From Mustelus asterias (Eukaryota), in contig NW_027590142.1 in assembly GCF_964213995.1 (NCBI RefSeq), forward strand, positions 310,001 to 374,000: a stretch of 64,000 nt of DNA. The letters are read 5' to 3'. The position numbers were made by a program, and so were the translations under genes. Numbering within the stretch: the first letter of the stretch is position 1; the number at the start of each line of letters is the position of its first letter. Positions 41,921 through 54,839 of the stretch are shown here, piece by piece. The notes below the pieces were generated by a model that made no database searches, was not told the DNA's origin, and was given only the letters and a program-made list of their open reading frames with translations.

Positions 41921-42874
41921 CATTATGCTGTGTTGTAAAATGCGATTGGCTGAGCAACTTGTCAGGAATTATTATTGATATATGTTTACTGAACGTAATT
42001 GATTCTTAAACTAACATGAGGTCGAAACGATCGGTACGAAAATCTATAATTGATCTGTTATTGATGGTACACGTTAGATGCATCGGAAAGATCCTGCCGC
42101 TCTGTTCCAGAGCTTCTTAACCCTTTTGGTCATCTCCAAGCAGCTGATAGTTCTGTTTTTGTTTTAAATAAATGTTCCGTCCTTACACAGAGATATCTGC
42201 CACGTGAGTTTTATATTGTCTGTAGTTAAATACAGTATTGGTCATCTCAAATTATCCCACAGCACTCGCCTTAATTTGGAAATTTGTAATCTATTATGTG
42301 CTTATGTGAAATGCACCTCAGTCTCTTGGTTTCACCTCATGGTTTGCACCTCTGCTCTGTATGTGTTCTCTATCTAGCTTGTGGCATGTCTGCCTTGTAA
42401 GTATTTCATCGGACGAAATATAGAGAGATTTACACTGTTAACCCACGCTGCAGCGACACTGATAGTTTTTTTAAGGGGCAGTGTAAAGGAAACTATCTTC
42501 TGCCACACACTGTCCTGCATCGGCCTCTGATGAAACAGAGCCTTTGCTTTTTAGAATGACCTGAAACTCGGTCAGTGACAGACCAGTTTATGAGTGAAAT
42601 CACCGAGGTTCTCCTCATTCTTCACTCGCTCTGTCTCTGGATTTTATCATAAAAAGGCAGAGATGAAGGTGTCTTTATACGGATTGGCCACTTGGTGGCG
42701 CAGTGACTCTTTCACTGAACGGCCTTGAGTTCAAACACATCCCGCACAGGACTGGGGGAACAGACATGTCTGGGAAAGAGGGGAAACCGTATAATATGGA
42801 ATATGGGGCGGAGTTGATGGGCTTTGGAAAACGGAATTAAGCCAAGCCAGAGATGGTTAAATTTTCATTCAATA

Positions 42875-42880
42875 TTTATT
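42875..42880 (-). terminator. Candidate polyadenylation signal of membrane IgM mRNA
   Basis: AATAAA on the minus strand ~450 nt after the TM2 stop. Confidence 0.55.
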
Positions 42881-43331
42881 TTAAAAATTCAGAGAATATT
42901 TTACAGCGACATTATTTTTTAAAATTAGAAAAGTGAATTTAAGGATCGAGCTTCACATTGAGAACACAACACATGCACAGGGAATCCGTCAATATTTGTA
43001 CATCTGTTACATACACCAGAAAGAGAAAACAGGACCTTAATAGAAAGAGGAATTAACAAATATGGAAATGGAATGAGAAAAGTTTCTTATTTATACATGA
43101 TATTTAAACTATGGGGAGACTATTAACCACAATTACATTATAACAAAAAATGCCTCGTACTTTTCACTCTGAAAACTGAATACCGTCTATGATTGTCTCA
43201 GTTACAGATTCAGAATGATAAACTGAGAGAATTTTACTGATAGAGTCACCAAGAGCAGATATTGTATTTGATCCACACAGAGATCTTGATAATCAGCTGA
43301 GGGAAATCTGCAGCTTCCAAAATTCAACCCA

Positions 43332-43340
43332 TCATTTGAT
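43332..43340 (-). CDS. IGHM: IgM TM2 exon (IK*), cytoplasmic tail KIK
   Basis: tcttttacag|ATC AAA TGA; in phase 0 with TM1. Confidence 0.9.
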   Translation of the reverse strand: MK

Positions 43341-43479
43341 CTGTAAAAGAAAGATACAATAATGATCAGATGTTGATGATGCGGGACATTAATGTTAGAG
43401 TTTTTAATCAGTGGAACATTGAGAGATTTTTCAAATCCATTCTGTCAGTTTGATATGTGAGTGCATTCAATCATCTCAC

Positions 43480-43607
43480 CTTCACCAGAGTGACCGCAGT
43501 GCTGTAGAAAATGCTCAGGAAGAACAGGACAATGAACGTGGAAGCCGTTGTCCAGATGTTACTGTTATCATCCTCATTGTCTTCAATCCAGATGCGGTCG
43601 GTGGAGT
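43480..43607 (-). CDS. IGHM: IgM TM1 exon
   Basis: tag|...DSTDRIWIEDNEDDNSNIWTTASTFIVLFFLSIFYSTAVTLVK|gtgag; conserved antigen-receptor TM motif. Confidence 0.97.
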
Positions 43608-44159
43608 CTAGGGGACGGAGACCAGGATATGAAATTAGATTACTTTATTTATCCAGGTAATCTTATTGTTATTTTTCTTTTCCCCGTTCTCCTTTTTAAA
43701 CTGTTCATTTAATCTTGAACCTAATTTTCAATGTATACCTACTCTTAAGCTCAGTACACTCAGTAACCGATCTCCGTAACTATTTTCACACCTGATCTTT
43801 ATTGACATTCCTTGGACAGTCCATGTCAGAAAGCACTGAAGGTGTTTTCTTGAAAATCAGTTGATTTTTTGACAATTCGGAACTATCCCTTATTGAAGAG
43901 TATTATCACTGATATCGAGGAACGTTCACTGATCAATGATTGTTTTCACAGATGGTTACTGATCTGTAAACTGTGAATGTTGTTGTTTAAGAGTTGGGAT
44001 GTAATTTCCGATCTGTGCTTCTTTATGGTGGAAATGTTTAGTAGATCGTGAGCTTAATTCAGTTTCTCAACGTGTTTATCTGTTCATTGTACATTGGGAT
44101 AATAAATCTGTGGATATCTCCATTAAAAAGTCACGTTTAAATTTTACTTTCATCATTTG

Positions 44160-45204
44160 CCTACCGTTTGTATTGAAGATTTTGCATTTGTGTGCGTGTG
44201 CATGAGCATCTCGTGCTCTGCATTGATCTTTGGCTCTGAGTTAATATGTGTTTATGAGTATTAATGTGCGCGTACATTTGCCTGTGATTGTTGATTTGTG
44301 TAGTTGTGTGTCTGCATCTGTGCGCATATTTTATTATTTTGTCATTGTGTATATATGACTCTCTTATTGTGTGAAGTCTATGAATATATATTAATGCCAC
44401 TCTTAATGCCTGCACATGTGTTTATGCCTATTGCTATGTGTTAATTTCTGTCACTCTAATAATGTTTGTTTCCCTTTCTGTGGAGTTGCCAGCGTTGGAC
44501 TGGGGTCGGCACAGTAAGTAGTCTCACAACACCAGGTTAAAGTCCAACAGGTTTATTTGGTTGCACGAGCTTTCGGAGCGTTGCCCCTTCATCAGGTAAC
44601 TACTTACTGTTTCCCTTTCTGTGTGCGTCTGTTTCTCCATGTGTCTCTGTGCACGCCTGTTAACATGTCAGTGTATGTATACACGTGTTGACATTCTTTA
44701 AAACGGTGCGTTGATGTATATTTGTGTTTCGATGTGTAGTAATGTGTGCTCTGGTGTTCTGTTCTATGAGCATGTTAATGTTTGCGTCTACATGTTTGTG
44801 TGTAAATGTTTTGCTGTCTATTCTTCTATATGCAGTCTGGTGATTTGTTTATATGTATTTCCATATATGTTTGTGAATGTGTATAACATTGTGTGTCTTT
44901 ATATCTATATTCCTATCAGCGTGAACGTGTGCTAATATATGTATTTATTTGAGTCCAAGTATGTGCTTGTGTATTTATGTGGGTCTGCATGCGTGTGTAT
45001 CTGTCTGTATTGTGTCTATGCATGTATGTGTTTGTGTTTGGGTCTGTACCTACTCACGTATGTGTATGTGTATGTACTTGTGTGTTTCATGTGTACATGT
45101 GTGCGTTTGTACATATTTGATTATGTGTGTGTATGTTGTTGTTTTAGTGTCTGTTTGTACAAGAGCGCGTGTCTATGTGTTCGTATATGTGTGTGTGTGT
45201 ATGT

Positions 45205-45258
<54 letters not shown>

Positions 45259-45740
45259 ATGGGTGTGTCCCTATGTATATTTGTGTACGGATGTGTTTGG
45301 GTATGGGTGTATTTTTGTGTGGGTGTATTTGTGTAAGTGTGTATTTTTGTTTGTGCATGCGTTGCCCATGAGTGCATTTGTGTGTGCATTCTTGTTTCTC
45401 TGCATGTGTGTTCGTCTGTGCAAGTATTGCGTGTACCTATGGTGTGTGAAAGTGTATCTGTTGTGTATTTGTGTGTTTCTGTGTCTGTATTTGAATGTGC
45501 CTGTCCCTATTTCTGTATATGTATGTGTGTGGGGGTATGTGCATGCGTTTGTGTGTGTATATTTACATGTGTCTTTCTGTATTTGTGTGCATATGTGTGA
45601 GTATGTGTATTTGTGTGTGTAGTTGTGCATTTGTGTCGATGTGTGTGTGTGTGTATGTGTGTGAGTGTGAGTGTGTGTGTGTGCGCTTATGTGTGTATTT
45701 ATAATTGTGACAGTTTTGTGGAGTATTGTCAGTGTGTGTA
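44160..45740. repeat. TG-rich low-complexity tract in the Cmu4-TM1 intron
   Basis: Degenerate (TG)n/(TA)n with pure (TG)n near 45190-45245; explains the spurious Cys/Val-rich ORFs. Confidence 0.9.
44483..44607 (-). mobile_element. Tiny Penelope-like terminal-repeat insertion with 16-bp flanking direct repeat
   Basis: TGTTTCCCTTTCTGTG at 44467-44482 and 44608-44623; internal sequence matches 29480-29605. Confidence 0.8.
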
Positions 45741-46801
45741 TTTTTTAGCTGTTGCTCCAAGTTTCACCGCAATCATTAACTGAAAATGATCCAAACAACA
45801 CGAATAATGGCGCATATTTTCAATGTTTTGCTGTATGAATGTAGTTTATGTGAGTGGCACGGTGATATCAGGAGAACGAATGAAATCATTCATTGATGCA
45901 TCTCAGAAACATCAGGGACAGAACAGTAAAAACCGGGGAGGATTCAATCATTTGTTTCAATTTGCATTATGGGAAATCAATGCCAGGACATGATTAACAG
46001 GAACAAGAGTGCAGAAACATTTTTAAATTATGTTGCATAAGTATATATGCATCACATTGATTAAGATAATGATACTTCAAACTCTGCAGCAAATAAACCG
46101 GAAGCTAATTTGTACGGTTGGCAACTGGGTTCTTCTGGTAGAGAGCTGGTCCCTTCCAAACACGTTACTTGCGAAGAGGGAGGAGAGTGAGCTCATAATT
46201 TCCCTCTCTCTACCCGGTGAAGCAATGTGCCTGATGGTTCTAACCACTGAGGAGGTGGAGGTACAGTGGATTAAATAATGCCATTCCTCCTCTTTTCATT
46301 GAGGAAGTGATGGTACATGGGTTAGCTACTGCTCTCCCCTCTCTTTGTTGGGTGAGTAGGAATCCGGTATGTTCACAATTTCACTCTCCCCTCTCTCTGA
46401 TGGGGGGATTGTTGCTCCATGTTTGTGTGTGACCCTCACTTCAGTTCCCAGTGGGTGTGGTGCAGCAGCTTAAAGCTGACATCAATGGTAAAGGCATGGA
46501 CAACGAGAGAAGCAGGAACACCGAGATCTAAATTGTGTTTGTTTGTCAGAAATGTTCAAATTGTCAGATTTCTCCTCAGTGGGAGGAAAGTCGGTGAAGA
46601 TATTTTGCAGAATACTGTAATGAAAGTGCTCTACTCTGTCTCTAACACAGGGTGTATCTGAGCTGGGTGCACTGGTTCAACAAGGCTTGGGCCCGAGACG
46701 TGAAAATACCTGACTCAAACCAAAGATACATAGTGGAAGTAAAATTGAAAACCAATCAATTAAGCAATTGGGTATTTCATTTATCGTTGGAGGAAAAAGA
46801 T

Positions 46802-46816
46802 TTTATTCTTTTTATT
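46802..46816 (-). terminator. Tandem polyadenylation signals of secreted IgM mRNA
   Basis: AATAAA (minus strand) at 46811-46816 and 46802-46807, ~30-40 nt after the stop. Confidence 0.8.
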
Positions 46817-46843
46817 GAAGTTTTTAATGTAACCGAGTGATTC

Positions 46844-47235
46844 TCATTGACATGAATTAACGGTGTCCATCAGTGCAAGGGAAATGTTCACAAAACTGGG
46901 TTTACCGCTGGATTTGTCAACTGTTCTGTTGATGATCTTCAAGGGGATGGCTTCATGTCCCACCACACAGGAGTAAGAAGCGCCGCTGGACCATTCCTCT
47001 GCTGCAATGGATAACAGACTGTACATGAAGAAGGAGCTATTCCCGCTCTCCGCGACCACCTCGGTGTTCTTATAGTTCCCAGGATTCACCGGCTTGTCGT
47101 TGACGGTCCACTTGACGAAGATCTCTCGAGGGGAGAAACGTCTCACTAAGCAGCTGAGGGAGACGAATCTCTGAGCGGAGACTTCTTCTGCCGAGGGCAG
47201 GAGGACAGAGACGAACGGTTCCCGCGGATTTGGAT
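46844..47235 (-). CDS. IGHM: IgM Cmu4 exon plus secretory tailpiece (internal donor after 46906 for the TM splice)
   Basis: tgcag|[43 protein letters not shown]...[23 protein letters not shown](G|gtaaa)[19 protein letters not shown]; NIS sequon and penultimate Cys. Confidence 0.97.
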
Positions 47236-47742
47236 CTGCAGAAAATGTACAATAAATGTCAATAAACTGGAGAATTCTGGAGACAATGAAACTGCTGGCT
47301 AGATATCAGAAAAATGTGCTTCGTTTCGATTTTAAATGTTTCCATTTTTGACTTCCAGCTTGGAGCAGAGGTGAACACAATTATTTTCTCAAATAACTCA
47401 GGGGGCTGGACTGGGAAGTTTCAGAAATTTTACAGCACAGAATCAGGCTCTTCGGCCTGATTCCAACTGATCGGCTTTATTTTTGGTTTTCTGGTTTTTA
47501 TGCTCCACATCAGGCTCCTCCCTCATTATTCGATCTAAACCCAATAACATCGCCTTCAGTTCACTTTTCATTCATCAACACATCAAATTTCCCCGTAAAA
47601 ATATCTACAATCCCCAGTTTTTAGTTAGTGGAGTTTGCACTCAGGGGAGACCATTAATGCACTGAATACTGAATATTGACCAGTCCACTTACACTGGAAA
47701 TAGACACAGTGACGCATTTATTGCTTCAATCTCTCAGCTCAC

Positions 47743-48051
47743 CTGTTTCCTTGTGGATGGATTTTCTTAAAGGAGTCGGCAGATCCTGATGGCTCACCAC
47801 GCAGTCAAACACAGCCGCACTCAGCCAGGCTTGTGTCGAGATGTTTAAGTTGCTGACCACGCTGTCAGGATCCGCTCCAGGCTTTTCGGCAATCTCTGAT
47901 TTCAAATACTTCCTGTCTCGGATCCAGGACACGTTGACTCCATAAGGAGCATTAGAAATGATGCAGGTTAAGGTCACGGTCGCCTCCAGTAAGACCTGTT
48001 CTATTGGTGGTGGCTGTATCGTCACTGTGGTATCAGGGCACTGGGGAGGAT
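47743..48051 (-). CDS. IGHM: IgM Cmu3 exon
   Basis: cag|[30 protein letters not shown]...VSW...[22 protein letters not shown]|gtgag; 309 nt, phase 1-1. Confidence 0.97.
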
Positions 48052-48952
48052 CTGTGAATGAAAAATGAAAATCAACCCGAGTTCCCTCTTCAGAAGCAGG
48101 ACAGCAGTCTTCAGCCTGAAGGAGACGAAGTTGCCTTCGATATATCAACCTCTAACTATCACCTTTCAACCTCTCTGGAGGATGGAAAACCAGCCTGCTC
48201 TGTGAAATTATTCTCTTTTTGTTCAAGTATTTTAGCAGCGGTTTCATTCTCATGAATCAACATTGCAGTATTCCCCAACAAATATACCATTCCTGAACTC
48301 AGGAACCAAGTACTGGCAGTTAGTTTATAAGTAGGGTGGATGCACTTCCCAATATTTTACCCCTATGCTGTGACCTGTGAAACAGTCCGACACCGACTGT
48401 CTCTCCAAATCTTACCAGCTGTCTCAGGAAAAAGCTGACATCAAGACCACCTCGCTTACTATATTACTTCAAAATGGAAGGGAACACTATTTCAAGGGGA
48501 GACAGTGGCATGGTGGTGTTGCCAATGGTCTTGTAACCCAGGGCACGACTCTGGGGACACAGATTCGAATCTCACCACTGCAGATGGTGAAATTTGAATT
48601 TAGTAAAAATCTTTCATTAAAAGTCAAATGATCATCATGAAGCCATTGTTGTAAAAACCCACCTGGTTCACGAATGCCCTTTAGAAAAGTAAATCTGCTG
48701 TCTTTATCTGGCCTGGCATGCATGTGACTCCAGATCCACAGCAATGTGGTTGACACTTAAGTGCCCTCATATCTCATGAAGGAATAACAAAAATTGCTGT
48801 TGTGATGAAATTCTGAATGGAGCACTGTCCTAATGCAGCAAACCACATGACAGTAAATTAGAAGTTGTTCTATCTTTGTACTAACTTTAATAGATCCCTA
48901 ATTTCGATTAACATCGAAATTATATATTTTATCCTCGGTTTGAGTCTCTTAC

Positions 48953-49264
48953 CCAGAGATCCGCTGATGTTCTGAATCTGGGTGAATTCTTGATGAGTGA
49001 CCTGGCAGGTATAGACCACTTTACTGAACCATTCCTGAGCGGAGACTGTCAGCCGACTGCTGGCCGAAAAGTTCCCATTCACTTCACAGGCGGGAGAGGT
49101 GACAATTCCTGAATCCATGAGTTGTCCATTCTTCAGCCACTTCACCGTCATTGACTTTGGCTGGAAATCGATGATTGAACAGACGATGGTTGCAAATTTT
49201 CTGGTGGTGATTTCTTCACTGGAACTCACGGTGAGGATAACGGTTGGGGGGAGAACGCGTGGGC
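48953..49264 (-). CDS. IGHM: IgM Cmu2 exon
   Basis: aag|[46 protein letters not shown]...YTCQVTH...GSL|gtaag; 312 nt. Confidence 0.97.
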
Positions 49265-49339
49265 CTTCAACAAACAAATGTTCAGACGTTACTTGAAGAT
49301 TCAATTGACAACAATTAAAATTAGTTCTTTTATTTTAGC

Positions 49340-50050
49340 ACCATCGCTGCCGATTTGAGAATTATATCCATGGTTTGGTTGAATTGGCAGGGAAATGGCG
49401 AATGGAATTCAACCGTCAAAAGTGCCACACAATGCATTTAGGGAGGGAAAACAACGCAAGGCAATAAACTGGAATGTTAAGAGGGATTGAGGAAATGCAA
49501 GACCTTAGAGTGCACGTCCACAGGCCCTTGTAGATGGTAGGGCAGCTGGAAAAGTTGATCAAGAAAGCATATCGGATTAGTTCCTCTATTATGTGAGGGA
49601 TTGAATACAAAAACAGTGGTGTAATGATGGAGCTGTATAAAACCGAGTTAGGCCACGTTTGGAGTTTGCTGTACAGTTCTGGTCACCACGTTGCAGGAAT
49701 GATGTAATGACTCTGGAGAGAGATGAGGTTTACAAGAATGTTGCCAGGGCCTGAAAATTGCAGCCATGAGGCGAGATTGGATAGGGAGGGGTTGTTCTCA
49801 GAAAAAGAGGAGGCTGAGGCATGATGTAGGCAGAAATAATTCATTCCCCAAGTGGAGGGCTCAATTACCAGGGAGCATGCTCATTTAAAAGGTATCTGGG
49901 TCTGGATCTCGAGTGCTTTAACCTGCAAGGCTACAGGGCAAGGGCTGGAAAATGGGCTGAAAATGACTGGATAGTTTATTTGTTCTCCATTTTGGCTAGT
50001 ACAGATATGATGGGCTAAATGGCCTCCTTCTGTACAGTAACATTTCTATG
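49340..50050 (+). mobile_element. Old CR1-clade LINE fragment in the Cmu1-Cmu2 intron
   Basis: Degenerate WRMEFN..KCH.MHLG and LYK..VRP.LE.AVQFWSP motifs. Confidence 0.75.
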
Positions 50051-50203
50051 GCCCTCTGGTTCTGAGCAACTTTTCAGTCAGTAGACACTTACCTGGATTT
50101 TGCACAATTCCAATTTTTCGGAGTGCTACAGATCAGTTATAACTAAAGCCTTATACAGTTCAATCACAGCGTCCCTGTCTTTCCCAGGTTCCACAACACT
50201 TAC

Positions 50204-50497
50204 ATTGCATTCCAATGCTCTTGACTGAGCCGCTGTGTCGAACCTCACAGGCAATTTTGGGGCATTCTGACTCGGTGATGGTTAACTGGCTGCTCAGGGT
50301 ATAGGTTCCCTTCGTGTTTCTCACTGACGGGTAAGTCTTAAACCCATTGGTGATCGGCTGCCCATTTTTCTTCCAGGTCAGTTTGGAGACATCTGGAGAG
50401 TAGTCCATCGCCAAACAGCCGTAGGTGATGGAGCCGTCGGGGTTGTGTTGCTGACAGGAGGAGACCAGGCTGTAGAGAGTGGGCGGAGACGGTGTCG
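50204..50497 (-). CDS. IGHM: IgM Cmu1 exon
   Basis: cag|[46 protein letters not shown]...[17 protein letters not shown]|gtaag; 294 nt; typical shark Cmu1 with light-chain-binding Cys. Confidence 0.97.
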
Positions 50498-51019
50498 CTG
50501 GGAAAGAATAGTCGATTGAACAAGTTAGACTCTTGCGTTTATTAAATCATCAAACATGTTTTTACAATTATGTTTCTATATTAGATAAAGCTCTTGGGGC
50601 TAAAGGGATCAAGGGATATGGGTAGTAGGTGTGATCAGGATATTGATGAGCTCTGACCAAAGTGAATGGCGGAGCAGGCTCAAAGGGCCGAATGGTCTAC
50701 TCCTGCTTTATTTTCTATGTTTCTATCTCAAACTTTGACTAGAATTATGAACTAATCCTAATATTTCCTGATCAAAACCTACATCCACCTTTGTGATTCT
50801 GTTATTTCTATCATCTGAGATCCGTCATCTCTGTAGAAACTCATATCCCTGTCTCCACCTCTATCAGATTAGAAAGAAAAAACATTCTGCTGTCCTTAAA
50901 ATGACATATCATTCATTGGATTAACAGAGAAGAGCAAAGATTTTCTCCATTATTGCAACCACTATTTATTTCTCAAACAACAGCACTTTGTGATGAAGAA
51001 GTTGTCTCTTCATTCATAT

Positions 51020-51142
51020 CATCCACTCACCTGATGAAGGAGCTCCAAAAGCTCGCAATTCCAAATAAACCTGTTGGACTTTAACCTGGTGTGGTCAGAC
51101 TCCTTACTGTGCCCATCCCCACCTAACGCCGGCATCTCCACA
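51020..51142 (+). mobile_element. Short Penelope-like terminal fragment with decayed hammerhead core
   Basis: CCACTCACCTGATGAAGGAGCTCCAAAAGCTC...AAATAAACCTGTTGGACTTTAACCTGGTG...GCCGGCATCTCCACAT. Confidence 0.75.
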
Positions 51143-51467
51143 TTGTAGTTTTGGAAATTGCCTGTGTTCAAACTGACATATACCCCTTCCTCTCTCCAAC
51201 TCACTGTCCCTCACTCCACAAAACGAAGATTAGTGACTTTGCTTCAAAAATACCTCCGTAATGAATACTTACTGAATGACCAGGAAACTCTAAATGTGAT
51301 TATAAATTCAAATAATTGCAACATTGACTAATTGAAGGGTCATACATTAATAGCAAGAGTTGGCCATTCGGGCCCTGACGTCTCCTCCATCATTCACTGA
51401 GATTACAGATGATCTGATTGTGGTGCGAGCTCTATTTTGCACCTCCTCACTCCGCCTGTCGATCACC

Positions 51468-52105
51468 CACTCCCTGCCCATTTTCCCCGACTCTCTGCCC
51501 TTTCCCCTGGCTCTTTGCCATTCCCTGTGGCTCTTTTCCCCTTTCACCCGGCTCTCCGCACTTCCACCTGGCTCTCTACACTTCCCTCCAGCTCTGTGCC
51601 CTCTCCCCCTGCTATCTGTCCTTTCCCTCAGCTCCCTACCCTTTCCCTCGGCTCTCTGCCCGGTGTCCCTGCTCCCTATCCACTTTGCCCTTTCCCCAGG
51701 CTCTCTGCCCTTTCCCCCTGACTCTCTGCCTTTCCCACTGACTCTCCGCCCTTTCCTCTGGGCTCTCTTGCCCTTTTCCTCAGCTCTCTGTCCTTTCCCC
51801 GGCCTCCCTGCCCTTTATCCTGGCTCTCTCCTCTTTCCCTGGTCTCTCTGCCCTTTCCCCCATCTCTCTGCCCTTTGTCCTGGTTCTCTGCCCTTTCACC
51901 TGGCTCCCTGCCCTTTCGATTGGCTCTCTGCCCTTTCTCCTGGCTCTCTGCCCTTTCTCCTGACTCTCTACTCTTTCCCCCGGCTCTCTGCCCTGTTGCC
52001 CGGCTGTGGGCCCATTCCCCAAGCTCTCTGCCCTTCCCCCCCGGCTCTCTGCCCTTTAGCACGCCTCCTGTTCTCCACGGCTCTTTGCCATTGTCCTTGG
52101 CCCTG
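51468..52105. repeat. ~20-bp degenerate minisatellite (~30 units), purine/G-rich on the IgH sense strand
   Basis: Unit CTCTCTGCCCTTTCCCCTGG on + = CCAGGGGAAAGGGCAGAGAG on -. Confidence 0.92.
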
Positions 52106-52219
52106 AGCCCCCAGGGATTCCCCCCAGCTCTCCACATTCGCAGGGCAGCTCCCACATTTTAACACCAAACTGCCGCTTGAGATCTTTCTTCTCTCTCGTT
52201 GCAGACCTCCACACACAGG

Positions 52220-53715
52220 TTAGCGAGTGTGAGTGAGAGAATGTGAGTGCGTGAGGGTGAGTGATTGAAGGAGTGAGAGTGGATGAGTGATGGCGTGTGA
52301 GTGACGGAAGGTGGGTAAGTGAGGGTGAGTGAGTGAAGTTCTTTCAGTGAGGATGAGTGATTGAGGGTGAGTGAGTGAGTGTGGGTGAGGGTGAGAGAGC
52401 GTGAGTAAATGAGGGTGTGTGAGAGAGGGTGGGTGAGTGAAGGTGGCTGAATGTGTGAGTGAAGGTGGGTGAGTGAGTGTCGGTAAGAGAGAATGAATGA
52501 GGGTGAGTGAGTGAGGATGCGTGAAGGTTAGTGAAGGTGGGTGAGTGAGAGCGAGTGAATGAGGGTGAGGAGTGAATGTGACTTAGTAAGTGAGGGTGAG
52601 AGAGTGAGTGAGTCAGGGTGTGTTATTGAGGGTGGTGTGTGAGAGTGTGAGGGAGAATGAATGCGGATGGGTGGATGAGTGAAGGTGAGTGAGTAAAGGT
52701 GTTTGACTGAGGATGAGTGATTGAGGATCTGTGAGTTCGGGTGGGTGAACGTGAGTGATGGTGAATATGTGAGGGTGTGTGAGTGAATGTAGGTGCGTGA
52801 GTCTCAGTGAGTTTGAATGTTTGAGGTGGCGTATGTGAGAGAGAGAGGGTGATTGAGCTTGAGTGTGTGGGGTGCGTCTGGGTGAGTGAGGGAGGATAAG
52901 TGCGGTGAGTGAGTGAGGGTGAGTGAGAGAGATTGAGACTGGGTGAGTGAGGGAGGGTAAGTGCGGTGAGTGAGTGAGAGTGATTGAGACTGGATGAGTG
53001 AAGGTGGGTAAGTGGGGTGAGTGAGAGTGAGTTAGACTGGATAAGTGAGGGTGGGTAAGTGGGCTGAGTGAGTGAGACTGGGTGAGTGAGGGTGGGTTAG
53101 TGGGATGAGTGAACGAAGATGACTATGAGTGTTGGTGAGTGACTGAGGCTCTGAGTGAGTGACTGAGGGTTAGTGAGTGAAGTTGAGTGAGTGATAGCGT
53201 GTGAGTGTGGGTGACTGAGTGACAGTGAGTGAATGAGGATGAGTGAGTGAGGGTGTGCGAGGGCGAGTGAGTCTGAGTCAGTGAGTGAGTGCTGGTGAGT
53301 GAATGAGGGTGTGAATGTGAGTGAATGAGGGTGAGTGAGTGAGGATGGGTGAGAGTGAGAGAGCGAATGTGTGAGTGATTTTGAGTGAGTGAGGGTGTGA
53401 GGGTGAGTGATTCAGGGTGAATGAGGATCAATGAGTTTCTGAGGTTGAGTGCGTGAGATTCAGTGTGTGAAGTTGAGTGTATGAGATTGAGTGTGTGAAA
53501 TTGAGTGTGTGAGGGTAGATGAGTGAGCAAGGGTGAGTGAGTTGGGATGAGTGAGTTGGGATGAGTGAGTTGGGATTTGTGAGTGGGGATGAATGAGTGA
53601 GAGTGTGTCAGCGAGGGAAGGTGGATAAGTGAGGGTGAGTGAGTCAAGTTCTTTGAGTGAGGATGAGAGATTGAGGGTGAGTGAGTAAGTGTGGATGAGG
53701 GTGAGAGAGTCAGTG
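52220..53715. repeat. (GAGT)n/(GAGGGT)n degenerate simple repeat
   Basis: 1.5 kb of GTGA/GAGGGT units almost devoid of C on the + strand. Confidence 0.93.
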
Positions 53716-54679
53716 GGCCACCTCCACCTCTTCCTCTCCATCGATCTTTTCCCGATTCTCCACATTGATCAGCTTTCAGTAACAGGGATGTGTAAATCAC
53801 CGGGCAGCTGCTTTAATGTCGGCGTCTTTCTTTAAGAAACACGTACCAGTGAACAAATAGTCAGGCTGAGGGAGCTGTAGGGAAGCTGACAGCAAAACTA
53901 GGATGGGTCGCACAGGAATCAAACACCAAGTTTACACCAGTATTGGGAGCCAGGCGGCCTTGGTCTCAGCCAATTCCCTTCTTATTTTTTGGGTGTTTGT
54001 GTCCGGCTTAACACATGGAAATTCCTACTTCTGACCTCATGTTGGATGGAATGTCACTGTTGAAGCAGTAGAAGATTGTTGGTCCCAGAACACTCCCCTG
54101 CCGAAATCCTGCAGTGAAATCTGAACTTAGATGTTTGACCTCCAAACACCAATACCATGTTGCTTTGTGCTAAGTTTGACTCCAAACAGAGAAGAATTTC
54201 CCGCCGATTCTTATTGACTTGAGTTTACTCGGGCCCCTTGATCCCACCCTCATTCAAATGGTACCGTGGGGGGGGGGGGGGGGGGGGGGCGGTCGGGGGA
54301 GGGGGCGGTGGGGGAGGGGAGGGGGCGGTGGGGGGGGCGGGTGGCACGGTGGCACAGTGATTAGCGCTGCTGCCTCAGAGTTGGATTCCCGACTTGGGTC
54401 ACTGTCTGTGTGGAGTTTGCAAGTTCCCCCCGTGTCTGTTTGGGTTTCCTTCGGGTGCTCCTGTTTCCTCCCACAGTCCAAAGATGTGGGTTCGGTGGAT
54501 TGGCCGTGCTAAAATTGCCCCTTAGTGTCAGGGAGACTAGTTAGGGTAAATACATGTGTTTATGGGGATAGGGCTTTGGTGGGATTGCTGTTGGTGCAGA
54601 CTCGATGGGCTGAATGGCCTCCTTCTGCACTGTAGCATCCTATGATTCTACTCTATGGTGTCCAGGACAGACACTCTGA

Positions 54680-54837
54680 NNNNNNNNNNNNNNNNNNNNN
54701 NNNNNNNNNNNNNNNNNNNNNNNNNNNNNNNNNNNNNNNNNNNNNNNNNNNNNNNNNNNNNNNNNNNNNNNNNNNNNNNNNNNNNNNNNNNNNNNNNNNN
54801 NNNNNNNNNNNNNNNNNNNNNNNNNNNNNNNNNNNNN
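54680..54837. other. Assembly gap (158 N)
   Basis: Run of n; true J-C intron length is uncertain. Confidence 0.99.
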
Positions 54838-54839
54838 TG

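Noticed and set aside
44711-45760. Long Cys/Val- and His/Thr-rich ORFs
   Set aside because: Translations of (TG)n/(CA)n low-complexity DNA.
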